Source: Catajapyx aquilonaris (lineage: Eukaryota). From it: a DNA stretch of 64,000 nucleotides. Each line of letters opens with the position of its first letter. Within the stretch, counting starts at the first letter, position 1. Under the pieces are notes generated by a model that was not told the origin of the DNA, ran no database searches, and worked only from the letters and a program-made list of their open reading frames with translations. Positions 51,211 to 64,000 of this stretch are shown here, one piece after another. The stretch is from contig KZ537977.1 in assembly GCA_000934665.2 (NCBI GenBank), positions 1 to 64,000 of the forward strand, read 5' to 3'. Made by a program: the position numbers and the translations under genes.

Positions 51211-52186
51211 ATGCACATCAAATTTTTTGATGACTGGGTGGCCCGGATGTGACATTTTGACCCCTCCAGTGTTGTAAGATGCCCTTGCTGCGATTTTCTC
51301 GGGGTTTTTTTTTATTCTGGATTTTTCGAAGGTCGAGGTGCAAAATGGCCCCCGATGGATGGCCCGAGCAATATGAGCGTCCGTGCAGAACAGTGTTTCG
51401 TGACCGACGCCGTCTCCAAAGGATTTTTTGAGGCCGTGCCCGGGTTTTTGCCACTAACACAAGGCCAGGGTCGCCGCTGTTGGAAAATTATCGCCGGAGA
51501 CATCCCGTGGATAATGGGAAACAATGGCGGAAGAGGTGCCTCCCAACTGGAGCCCTCATTATTGCATTCTCTACACATTACCCACTCTGCAGTGGAATGC
51601 CTCGCAGTGTTATGTGATGCGTGCCGATTTGGAGCGTTACATGCTATAAAAAGGTTCGTCTTTTTGTATCAAAGTTACGTCGTAATGAGCCGGGATTACA
51701 AGTCGAAAATTAACAACGATATAAGAAGAGTCATCGCATGAAGCGCTTTTAAAAAATTCGCCATGGTAACTCTGTTAATATTAATTTTGTCATGGCATTT
51801 TGCCTATTTTTTAAATAACAGATGCGCGTTTAACTACTGGAATTTTAGATCGATTTGAGTAAAACCAAGCAGCAGGGAAGTTCTTATCACCCAGTTATCA
51901 CGCACATGGACGAAAAACGCAATTTCGATAATTGCACGTTTAGGTTTTCAAATTCGTGGGAATTTGCCTGCAGCATCCCACCTCTCAATTTTTACATTTT
52001 CCATCAAAATTTTTGTTGTTTGCTGGGAAACGCCTATTTTACATACGACAAAAAAAACTCTAGTTCATTCACCACATCAGCCCCGAGTTTCTTGCCACGG
52101 AATGACACATGTGTACAAGTGCTGTCCTGTCAATGTGCATACCGGTCTTTACCCAAATTGACACCCGTATTTATTGTGTATTTTAG

Positions 52187-52323
52187 CGTAACAAACGAGC
52201 AAGAGAAGAAGAGAGAGAGCAGGCTGACAAGCATCATCGATCAGTTGCTGAGCAACAAGTCGCGAGGTCTGGACGCTTCCTTTGCCCCCAGCGAAGTTCA
52301 AGACTCGACCCAGCACGAGGAAG
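52187..52323 (+). CDS. SAMD11: SAMD11/Samuel-like exon 3; gene continues beyond the window (SAM domain not seen)
   Basis: ttttag|C is phase-2 compatible; VTNEQEKKRESRLTSIIDQLLSNKSRG...; donor G|gtaagc. Confidence 0.7.
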
Positions 52324-55300
52324 GTAAGCTCGGCCAAAATGTCATCCATAACAATGTCCCGTGTGTGCTTTACCAAAAATGCTTCTCCTTAAACGGTCAT
52401 CGGGGGCAAGCTCTTTTTCCCACACGCCCACGAGAAAAATGCCTCGTTTGCGCCTATGACTGATGAGCTTGAATCTATCTCCTTCAAGCACTCAGCCTCT
52501 AACAAGGACGGTTCACAACGATGAATTGCGCATAATTGCAGCCTCAATTGATTGTTTTGACAGGTAATAGGGGTAGCAATAATAAGTCGAACGAGTTTTC
52601 CAGATGTAAAGCAGCCTCATCTCGTCAATATTCATAATGAGGGCGCATCACCGATCGCGCCTATTGACGGATAGAGTGAATGGCACGTTTTCTATTAACG
52701 ATACCATCAGCGATCTTTTAATTGCGGTATGTCAGGAGATAATCACCGGGTGTGGAGGACCCTTCCGAAAAACGGTAGCTCCGTTGATTAGAAAGAGAGC
52801 ACGCGTAGAAGATCTCAAACCTGTATACTGCTGTTTTCGCGAATCTCCGCGAATTATTATGCCTAAAGAGGCTCAGTATTTTTGCTTAAAAAATTGCAGG
52901 CACGCAAACAATTATTCACTCAGACATGCCGGAAACACCCCCAAAAATGTACGCATCGTTGTTTTGAAAAATGTAAATCTGCCTCGGGGCAAAGTCCCGC
53001 GGCTTGGGCCTGCCAGGTATGCGTAGCGATCAAGGCGTCGAAATCAACTAAGCAGAGAGGGATTTATCGCACCTTTCCACCCAGCTATCGCTTCCTCCAT
53101 GTTTGGACCGCCTTTCGGTAATGGCTAAAGTGCTAGTTGCAAATAAATTCTGGCTGCTACATGTTTTTTTTTGGCGAATTATTTTTGCGGTGAGATTGGA
53201 TAAGATGCACACACACACACGTGCTTACTGGACCATCAATAATTCTTGAAGATGGCTCGTTAGAATTTATTGCCGGTAGTTTTGCTGCTCAAAGAGCACA
53301 ATTAAGCGTAATGTGTCCTGTTTTTTTAAAGCAAAAGTTATGGCAGCAAGGTCAAGGCGTGTCATTTGCAATCGGGATGTAATTGCGGAAAAACCCCGAA
53401 AATGTAACAGAAATGTTCCAGGTTTTTGCTGAAACGGAGTTAACCTACAAAATGACGTCCAGGTCTGGGTAATATTTATTACGACCTCATTGCGATCGTA
53501 ATTCCAGATAAGGAATACACTATTCCGGAATTTTGAAGGTTGTAGTCGTATTTTTTTTGCCGGACTTTAACAGCTGAATTGCATGAAAGCAGGGTGGAGT
53601 TCAGCAAAATTTAGGCCTACGTATATGTGCATTTTTCCTTCCTAAAAAAGGGTCAATCGTATCAAGGTGACACCAATTAAAATTTCGACACGCCTTAGGT
53701 AAACGTGGGATAATTGCAGGCTTTCACGGTGCTATAACTCAGTATCCAGCAAGTTTCGTACAGAAGCGGCAAAAACCGCTGACTACATTTGCTACCTACC
53801 AAAGTTACCCAGTTAATTAATGCGTGCTATACCGGTAAATCCTTAATGAAATTTTCGCTTCTACGTATATGCTGAAGAGTCTGGTAATTACCAAACTCAT
53901 TCCTATGCGTGACATCATCAGTGACCTTTACTGGCCAGGTCTGTGACCCTTTAGCCGCTGCCTTCCTTGCTTTGGACAGGTGGTCAGTAGTGTGGTAACG
54001 GCCAGAATTTTTTTTACCTGTCTTCTTGCCCAAGTCCAAAAGGTCTAATTGGTTGCGATTGGTGCGATCGGATAGGATTTGTGACGCTGTCACTTATTTG
54101 CTGGAGCACTGAATGTAAAAAAGACATTTCCGCCAGCAAGTTTACTAGAGCAGGTTGCCAAACGAGACGGAATAAAATATGGTATTTCATTAGTACAGGT
54201 AGCCGGTTCCTATTTGTTGTCGATATACTTTTCCCTGTTCTTAAATTGACGGTTGGTGATTAGGACCTTTCATTTTGGCAATTGGCGGTTCATCAAAGCA
54301 AACGAGGTTTATCCTATAGGGGTAGTCAGTCTGTCATGGCACGTCAATTTTAAAATTAAAACCTATACAGTAGTTCTTTCTCCCATCCACCAGAGGCGCT
54401 GCCTCCCCCATTGCGCAGGCGCAGTAGAGGGGCCAATCAGAAGGAAGGATTATAGACTCATGCAAAAAAATTATCAGCTCAACGTGAGTGGGCGATATTG
54501 CAAGTGTTACTTTGTCTCAATGCGTGTGGGTTTGGGTCACCAGATGTTGGGGACGTAAATGTCGTGGACCACATATTTTAAAACCTTGCACCGTAATTAG
54601 TGCATATAGGTACACACACAAAAAATTCGTCTGGATTAAAACCCGTGCACGAAGGCATGCAGGTTAATCCCACGAGTTATGCTGATCGAGGGCAACTTAT
54701 GGCTCACATGTCCGTTCTGGGTGCACGGGGTCATCCGTCACCATTCAAGTACCGCCCTCCAGAGAGGACTGGACATTTGTTCGGCATAACCATCGCCATT
54801 TCTATGTAGATGGCAGGTGCCCGCCAGAAGAAGGTGAAAGGGCGTCTCCCAAGCTGGCCTCGGTCTTTACCTGAATTTTTCGAGGGAATCTGCCGCGAGG
54901 GGCGTCTCGTCACGACCTTTCCACCTTGGTCTTAAGTAATGGCTCCTCTGAGGTGAAAGATGGGGGCCTATTCTGAATCGCGCGGGTCAAAGGTCATACG
55001 CCTTCTTGTTTTGTCAATTGCGGCGCACACGTGTCAGGATTGCAGGACATAACAAGGGCACTATAATGTGCCGGATATGATGACCTCTCATTGACCCCTC
55101 GAGCAAACATTGAATTAATATTTCCTGTTGCGACGTTTTTGATTGTCTCTTTGATTTGACCACATGTAACCGGACTAGTGTTTTCGTAACGTTAAAATGT
55201 GACCCAAATCGCTGTACTCGAGTGGCTTCCAATTAACCTTACCTGAAACAATGACTTTTTTGTGCAAAAATTTTATGATCGACTTGTGCGTTATTTACGA

Positions 55301-55805
55301 GATAAAAAAATGGGCATGAGTTAACAGTCACCTTGAGCTTGTTTTGACCGTAACGAGACCAAAGGGCGCCGCCTTTTGATACAGGCCCTTTCCATTCATG
55401 ATTTGCAGTCTAGAAGACCGTTACGTTGCATCTCTCTTATCGGGTAGTGTGTATTAATATTGATTAGAGTTTTAGCATGGTGCTTCTGCTGATAGGATTT
55501 TGGGTTAATGACTTATGCAGATGAGCATGTGTTTAGCTGAGATTCATTAACAGGTGAGGTCTACCTTGGAGATCTTTTCGACCGTGAATTACTCATTAGG
55601 TGTGAGGTGGAATAAACATGGCTCGTAGCACGTGACCGTGCATGAGGCGGCTTGAAATTATGTTTGCTTTGGTTATGCAGATGGTTTTCCGACATCTGCC
55701 CCGTCTGGTCGTGACCTTACAGCATCAGCGACATGAACGGTGTGGGTACATATGTTGCTTTCACAGGGACATTGTCAACGAGACACAATGGCGTTATTAA
55801 TTGCT

Positions 55806-55866
55806 GACTGCGTTCACACGGCGTCGTTGCGCCAATCCAAACGACAACGACGTCCGTGTGAACCCA
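55806..55866. repeat. Short hairpin, probable mini-MITE remnant
   Basis: GTTCACACGG-CGTCGTTG ... CAACGACG-T-CCGTGTGAAC inverted repeat. Confidence 0.55.
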
Positions 55867-56778
55867 TCGCTGATTGCCAGGAAGCTACGAAATGGTAACG
55901 AAGATGGATCGTACCTGCACTTGTTGCATGCTAATTAGTAGTTATTTCCACCTCACGAGCCGACAGCAAAAGACCTGCGTCATCCTGGAACTACTCGGAG
56001 GAGCCTGAGAACAACACACGGGGGTCAAGCATCGCCTTAGTGCCACTTTTTTTTTCTTCTTCTTCTACCCTCCTCCTTCTTTGCCTCCTCCTTCATCTTG
56101 TACTCCGTCTTTGGCGGGGCTACGACCTGGAGGTTTGCTTTTGTGTCGCTCCTGCTGGGCCAAGGAATTCAGGCTGGTTTTCGGTGGGAACATCTGGCAG
56201 ATTGAGTTAGGTTATGACTGCATGGGCGGACATTTTAGGCAACTCTGGGTGAATACTTTTTTTGTTGTTGTTGTTGAGTAGGTGTAATTGTCCAAAACGC
56301 AAGGTCATCGCTGCCCAGAAGGACCCGGTGCGGTTACATTGCGATTTTTAGGATGCGTCCAAGTCGTGAATAAATATTTTGGTTTATGCGAGTCTGTATT
56401 AATTTTGCGCGCAAATATTCCTGCTCGGCGAGAAAACCAGCTAGTTCTCTCAGATGAGTTCGGAAGATAACGGGATTAGCGGATTAGATCAGATTATGGG
56501 CGAAAATGAGAGGCCACAAGTGTCTATTCTTCAGGATTAACTGCGGACACCTTGCATTTGGAAGAGGTTATGCACCCACGACCTGGTCCCGCAGGTGTAA
56601 CGGCAAATGTTTTTTGAAAAATTCGACGACGCGAAATATGCCATCCACTCCAATAACAGGCCACTCTTGAAGATTAGCCGTTTAGCAATTCGCAGGTGAT
56701 GATGTAAGCTGCTAATGAGCGAAAACGCCTTAAGCAATGCAAAAAAATCTGGGAATTCTACAAAAAAAATGGAGCGTT

Positions 56779-56840
56779 TAAAACGCGACGTAAAAACGTC
56801 GGGCGTTTACGTCGCGTTTTTTACGTCGCGTTTTTTTTTT
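56779..56840. repeat. Short palindrome/hairpin
   Basis: AAAACGCGACGTAAA ... TTTACGTCGCGTTTT, with the right arm duplicated. Confidence 0.6.
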
Positions 56841-59800
56841 CGTTTCCTCATTCATCTCGGCCGCATTTTATGGCGTTTCCATGTCTACCTGGTCGCATAA
56901 TGCACCAAGTACAGTAATTCGAGACGGACTTAAACCTTGGAGGAAAGGAATCATAAAGCATTCTAGTAAATAATCTTCCTCGCCACGAGAGCATAAGTTT
57001 TGGTGGTAAAAAAATATATAACTGCGGTGGTCTGTGAAGCGGAAAGAATGCTGCAAAAGAGGGGGTTGGCCAGTTGTACGGAACATCCCTCACCTTACCA
57101 CCCACCCAAGCAGATTTCAATCGAGCTTCCCCCCGAAGAAGAAAACCACGGCCGTGACTCTGGCTCCTTTTGCAGTCTGCACAATGGACACAGGTTCCGC
57201 CATATTACACGGTCAGACAATTTTTTTTTCTGTATCTTCCTTGATTTCGGAAAGAGGACAGGTCAGCACCTTTTTCTTGCGGGGAGGACACTGTACAATT
57301 TTCAGCACCGAGGCGTCTGAAGATGGGTGTATTATGCACGCCTAATGTCACCCGGAATGCATACCGAGACCAATTTGTCACAAAAAAAGTGTCAAGTGTT
57401 GGTTTGGCGGTCGAAACGTTTTGCTCGATGCGATGTCAACAACAACAAAAAAATGTTATCGCGCACATATGCAGTATGCTGGACTTTACTCGCCTTGTTG
57501 ATAACAAGACCGTGTAATTGTGCTGTAATGCCCACGAGCAATTTGGACTACAATAGGTACGTCATATGATCATACCAAAAACATTGGGTCATATCAGTGA
57601 CACCTCGAGGGCAACTCCTGGGAGGGTGACCCCGGATACGTTCAGTGGATCTAAGCCCCTGATAATGTCCTCCCCTGGCGCAATCTACAGAAGGCATCGA
57701 TGCCTGCCATTGAACCAGAGGTCAACAGGTGAGACCAGAGAAAAAAGAGGTGCCAGGAAGAAGCCTCTTCGCATCAGACGGATCGCGCATCGTCACACTT
57801 TCTCGCGAGGCAGGTGAAGACGGCATCACACTGGGCCGACCATCTTGATTTCCAAGCCAAGGAAGAAGAAAACACGGGTGTCAACCTGGGGAATACCAAC
57901 AGCCTCGTGATGCATGGTCTGGTCCGCATTTATGAGGACCGGTGCTGCGTTATCGGAGCTGGAGCGGATGACAAATAGGACGGGCGAGTTGAGTGGGCGG
58001 GTGGGACACTGCGGGGGTCAGAGGTCATCCGGCCGCTAGATTGCCATCTGCCGACGAGGGCGGTACGGTGGTTTAAAGGTCAGACCCACTATTCTATCAT
58101 AGGGTCAGGAATTCGGCCCTATTGCGACGTAATTGGCGTTTTTGTCGAAAAAATTTATTTTGTCCAAAATATTTTTTAAAACTCCCTTCTGATGGCATTA
58201 GTTGCCTGGGTATCCTCGAATAAGTGGTCATCTGCAGGCCGTTATCCTCGGACTCAATTGGGTCAGGTGTGACGTAGATGATTTACTTGTACCCGAGAGA
58301 CGGGACAGGTTAGGCCTATCATGTCAAGGCGCAAGTAGGGCACACTCTTAGTATGAATGACGCGGAAAAATGACGAGCACTCGATTGCGTAAGGAGGTGC
58401 AAAGGTGCGTCCTTTTGTTTGATTTCCAGTCATCAGTTTTTATTAAATCGCGAAACAAGGATCAACGTTCTGGTTGGGTCTTATCAGTCTGAAGCGTGTC
58501 CTTATATACCTGAACTAGCTTTGGCCGATGAAGATTCGCTTGAAAGCCTTAGCTCATGTACGATTAGTAACGCGTCAGGACCTTTGACTAGACAGTGACA
58601 CATGCATTCAATTTCAGACCAGATACGGGGCCGAGGGGTGGGGTTATCAACAAGCCTTTTGCGCAAAGTCTGCTCCTACGTAACTGTCGATGTTTCGACA
58701 TTGTTTACAGGTCGACTTGGCCAACTCCATAAATAGCATCCCCACTGGACGTAACCCAGCTTTTTGATTTAACACGCCGCCTTAATTAGACATATTCTGT
58801 GCCCCTCGAACCCCCCGTCAGGTGCGAAAAGGGTACGGAGAAACACAGTCGGAGTGCATTAGATCTCGTTCTGGGGGCGTGTGCACCATACACATCTGAA
58901 GCAACTGTACGCAGGGTCTTCCTTTCCGTGCAGGAGGGCCACCCCCTGAACAATAAAGCCCTAATGAGTTATTGTGAACCAACGAAGGTCTCTCTCCCTT
59001 GATTAGTGGAGCAAGCTGGAGGAGGTGGGGTCAAAGGTCACGCGCCTGTAACCCACTGCAAATTAAACACTTTTCCTCTATAGAGGAAAAAAAGACCACC
59101 CGCGCAAAATGAGGCAGGTGACGATTCGCAAATTTGTAATGAGTGTGTGTACATGCCACGTGCATATGCAGGAGGAATAATTTAATAGGCGGAATATGTA
59201 AGTGGGTGGGCCAGTCTGCGTAGGTGTTACATGTGCCGCATGGTTAGTATGTTACATGGAGCTCAGGCGCGAATTTATTAATTTATTAATTTGTTTGTTG
59301 ATAATATACATATTTATTTACAAATGACCCAACTTATGGTGGAATTTTTAGATGTTTGTAACTTTTAGTCGTAGGTTATCGTATAGTTTGCGAAATATGG
59401 GAAGTGGTCGGCTTGATCCATCGATGGGCAAAAAGGGAAAGTGGCGGGCGACATCACGAAGATGAGGGACGAGCTTGTTTCTTTCCCCTGGACAGGCAGG
59501 AATATGTTAATGGCTGCTAGTGGCGTAAACCCCCGCATACAGCACGTGCACTGCACTACACCATCATCTTCCAATCAGTGCCAAAAGCGCCCAGTTTGCA
59601 TGATGAACCCCCTATTCTCAGATTGTGTTTATGACACTTCCTGTTGCATCCACCTTTCAAAGGGGAATCTTGGGGCTCCAATATGTGATATTTAATTGGC
59701 CCCGAGATCAAACCTCCCCCCCTGGTTCTTAGTGTAATTACTACTCTTGCCGCAGAAGTGGCGTGGGAGGAAAAAAATATGAAGAAAAAAAAAGACGAAG

Positions 59801-62800
59801 GGGGTAATAGTTCAAGCTTGGGACCAGGTTCGTATAAGCTTCCTGCTAACAACTAGTGCATGGTTGGTCATGAAAGATGCTGCATTTCATGATGCAAAAA
59901 TAGTTATGTCCGTTGTTTTGATGAGTACAGCAGTATTGAGGAAGGTCACCGGCATGAGTCAGGGGAGGGTCATATCTGGGCACTTTGCACGTACCCGGAA
60001 CAACCGGCATAAACCTTATCGAGTCGATTGTTCCCCCCGGAAATATTTCCTCAGAAGTAAAAAAAGGGAGGAAAAATGGGCGCATAATGCCTTATGCATC
60101 TGCACACAATGGACGTGCTGACCCAAGTATATTGTCATCGTGGAAAAAAAGTGTCGCCCGTCGAAGGTTACTGTAACGTAAGCCTCACCCGCAATCGGCT
60201 ATCCATGCGTAACGTGAAGCAATTTATTGTTTGGAAAGTCATGTGGCCGCAAGGGTTATCTTAGCAGTACGGCTATTCTGGCTCAGTTCGGCGTGTGGGG
60301 TCACGAACTGCATATTGTGCATTCACCAGTTATACTTTACGGTTGAACACTATCCGCCGTAACTCTTCGAGCTATGAGCTAACCTAGGCACAGATCTTAA
60401 AACTATTGGCACGTGTAAGCACCCTGAAGCAATTATGAGGACCGATAATAAAACCTGGTTGCCTTATTGCACTTGACAGGTATGGGCTTGGGAATCATAT
60501 GGGAGGAAATTAAGGTCGCTCTCTGACCCTTTCCTTTCGCACCTTCCTGCTTGAAGTGCATTGTTGCACCGGAAGTGTCATTTGGGCAAATTATGTTCGC
60601 GCAGGTTTTCACTTTCGGATTCCAACGAATTATTTAGTATATTTATTATTATTATTTTTTCCCACGGTCTGTATTGGTCAATTGCGGTGCGAGCGTTACT
60701 TTGCAGATTCGGTTACGGTTAACCCCCATTGATCTTATGGCGTGGTACGTATTGCATACAGGCCATTTGACCGGAAGACCACCTGCTGGCTTCGTGAGCT
60801 GGTTCACACTCGAGATTGGGCTGGCTTGCAATGAACCTGTGCACAAAAAAAAACTTGAAGAAGGAGAGAGAGAGAGCCCCCTAAGATGTCAGTGAGAACG
60901 GGGCATACCTTTTTGAATGGAAAAAGGTGGAGGCCATGAAAAGCCGCTTTTGTGCTACCGTAAAACTCTAGATTGCTGACTTTATTTTTAGGTCTCTCGG
61001 TGTGAAACCAAGCAACACCGTCATGTAGAGAGAGAGTCTACTTGGGCCACCACTTCCGTCATTCGTGCTCACGGGAAAAGGTGCGAGTGACCTTTGGTTA
61101 TGAAAACCGCACACTGCAGCAGCCCTATAGCAGAAGAGAGAAAAGAGGTGGTCGGAGGATAAGGTGGTTTTAGGAGAAGGGAATTCTTGCAGGTTATCCA
61201 TGCGTTCCTCTAAAGGTGTTTGCACCCCCTTGAAGCACTAGGAGAAATGTGGCCACAATATTCAAAGATTGAGGGCTTGAGTTGGGAATACAGGTCATAT
61301 ATTTTTTTCTTGAGAAGCATCATTGCGGTTATCCTATGTGACACATGACCAACCGCAGTGTATGTGGACACTGCGTGTGTGTCATTACACGACGAAGCGG
61401 ATTGAACGGGAGCTTCTTTCATCGTGTGTCCAGTTCAAAAAGGAGGATAAGTGTAAAAATGTTTTACGTCCGTCCGCTGACGATTTGTTTTCCCTGTGTG
61501 TAATTCGCTGTTGCGTGAAATAAGCTGGATTTGTCTGCCTGGAAAAACCGACGTTGTAGAAAAAGGGCAAGCCACATGTTCTGCTTTGTAAGTATCTGAC
61601 AGTAATGCTACTGGTTCTGGCACAATGGCGCTACCTTACCTCTCTTCTCCTCCTCGGTGCTGCTTCGGCTTAAAGGGTGGGAGGGGAATAACACGCATTT
61701 TGGCCCCCATCGAAACATCAAGACGCATTATTAAGCGACACTGTACTCGATGATGCATAGTTCATATCTGTTAACGAGGCCATTCATTCCCGATTTTGGG
61801 CGTACAAGGACCTCCGTACATCAATCAACAGTCTCCACCATGTACTCCCTGAAGAGGAAAAAAAATATGCTATTATAGAAGGTGGCATCTATAGATGAAA
61901 CGTAGCGTTGGAAATAAGTGCAGCGTCCACCTATCAATGCACACTGCGCGAACTGCGGTGCGCACTCGATTGCGTTTGTAGCAGGTTCCACATATAAATC
62001 CTTTCAACAAAACGCGGTGTTTCCTTAGCTCCGTCGAAGGTGCTATTTTGAGACCCAGGTCACGCTTCCGTCAGGCCTTGCCCTGTGATCAGCGTTCAAA
62101 CAACACTCGAAACTTCATGATGGCACTTTACAAGTTGGAGGGTCCGCAGCGTCAGTCGGGCGCCATTTCGTGACTCGGCTATCAAGGTGGTCAGTAATCA
62201 GTGGGGGCTGTTGGAGGCAGAGGATCCTTATGCTTTGCTGCCATCCTTCATGCAGACAGCCGGAGAAACATTCCCTGACGGCGTTGGGATCAAAAGCCTC
62301 TTATATGTACTTGGTGCAAAGGTCAAGTCTCATTCCTATTTGCTCTAGGGTTGTGACCTCGCTGCAGGGGGAAAAGAGTCAACAGGAGGATGTCTTTTTG
62401 GACGTCGCACTCGGATGACCCTTCCTTGAAGATGAGGAGGGGGGGTGGCATTAGCATGGGAAATGACGAGACGTGTCATGGCCTCGCACATCCTTACCCA
62501 GGCGATGGTAATTTACGGCCGAATCATTACGTCATTGTTGGAAGGTGCTGTGGTAATTAGCGGTCGTTGCCGGAGAGGAACTTTGTAAGGTTTTTTTTTC
62601 TCTCTCCCTCTTTGTTGGACGGAGGACGGACTCTGAATGGGGATGACCCCAAACGTCTATTTATTAACCCTTGCACGCTCCGCGAAATGCGCGCGTAATT
62701 ATGCAGAGGTTGCATTGTTGGGAGGCGACCATTCCTTTTTCTTCGTTTCCTTGTCGCGCTTCGAAGGGTTGGGAATATGATGAATGTGGGTGGGGACATT

Positions 62801-64000
62801 GAATCGCCAAGTGCGATATGATTCAAACCTACTCGAGTAAGTGGCCATTGTTGCCTCATTATTGTTGTCGCCAGGTATTTTGGCTAATAACAATAATTTA
62901 GCTTAGGAAAGGGTTGGGTTGACAGCTCTAATAACATACATTTTTCCCCCCTAAAATGGCATATAGTTCCGTGCTTCGGGTATTAAATATGTTTATACGA
63001 ATTTTTGATTTAAGTGAAGGAGACGTGTAAGACAGATGCGGATTGGCCTATGAGCTCTCGTTATAAAGCGTTTATATCTTTATTTGGAGAGGAGTCGCGA
63101 CTCGAATCGGAACAAATGAATGGACCTTAATCCCGCGACTAATGCGCTTTACTATACGTCGCTGGTTGGGAGATATTGCTAGTGACATCAACTAATGCGA
63201 TGGTCAGTCTTTACCCAGCGGGTGCTAGTCTTGCTCCGTATGAAGACACTGACAAGTTGTGGGCATTTCGTAAGCAGATTAGCCCGATCCCCCCAACAAT
63301 ATGTTTAATGATGTTTTCCAGTCGCCATTTTAATTCAGTGCTCCTTTTTATAAAACGCCTGTCAGAATTCAGATTTGTTTCTATTTTTTTCTCTCCTCCT
63401 CCTTACCTCTTGTTTAATCCACCCTCACGAAGTCGTATACGCATATAGCCCTTTTCACCTCTCAACATTCCTCAAGTCACAGCCAGAAGGAAGTTTTTGG
63501 CTCCTAACAAAAAAAAAAAAAAAAAAGAAGCAAGAGGTCCATTCCAAACTGACAGTTCCCCCCTTTGCGAGCGTGTCACCATTCGTACAGGTGTAGACGT
63601 GCGCCACAAGAGTCTCATTTACCTGTCCCATTTCTCCAGCTTGAAAACGTATCATATTCACCGTAGAGTTCACCACTGGACTATTCAACTTCCGTCCTGC
63701 CTCTTGCAAGGTGTCAATTAGAAGGTATGTCCTGTTGCACATTTTTTTAAAGATTCCTGAATTTTATTGCTGCAAATCTTGGCCTGAATCTTTGGCATCA
63801 AAATGGCTATAAAACTACCAGGCCAACTCCAGGATACAAGGTGGCCTTAAACTGTGTCGTACTGTCAGAACAATGGCAGTAGTTATCTTCATGTACGAAA
63901 ATTTGCATTACGTAGTAGGGTTATTTTCTCCGGTAAGGATGTCGTGACCCTGGATGAACCGCCCTTCATCTGCAGTGGCCATGCATCTCTCGGTAGTGCC

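Larger units (their letters stand above)
54984..59040 (+). promoter_or_regulatory. Cluster of consensus DR1 nuclear-receptor elements in SAMD11-like intron 3
   Basis: GGGTCAaAGGTCA 54984-54996, GGGTCAgAGGTCA 58015-58027, GGGTCAaAGGTCA 59028-59040, each in unrelated flanks. Confidence 0.65.

Noticed and set aside
24300..64000. Numerous 60-200 aa ORFs in SAMD11-like introns
   Set aside because: No recognisable domains or splice-consistent chains, apart from the exons reported.

Overview
Eukaryotic (animal, probably invertebrate/arthropod-like) genomic DNA with three spliced genes. (1) A complete 13-exon CENP-F-like gene on + (1225..19780, about 3188 aa by my exon join), with a CENP-F N-terminal domain, a long coiled coil carrying recent internal repeat expansions, and a C-terminal D-box/SPKK/CaaX (CKTQ) tail. 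(2) A complete 6-exon CFAP100 (CCDC37-like) gene on - (22389..20236, about 544 aa) with a GC-AG last intron and an RFX X-box. (3) The 5' part of a SAND-domain SAMD11/Samuel-like gene on + (exons 23665..24057, 47606..47823, 52187..52323; it continues past the window). Three tRNA-Phe(GAA) genes lie on - inside SAMD11-like intron 1. Introns carry many mobile elements: a tRNA-SINE with 15-bp TSD, a LINE fragment nested in a LINE nested in a Tigger-like MITE, two adjacent Tc1/mariner fold-back elements, and several Harbinger/hAT-like MITEs. I found no unambiguous new system. The best candidates are a cluster of nuclear-receptor DR1 elements across the SAMD11/Samuel introns (possible receptor-corepressor feedback loop), the invertebrate CENP-F tail architecture, and the paired transposase-derived hairpins inside the CENP-F pre-mRNA. 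All coordinates were read by eye; no database searches were run.
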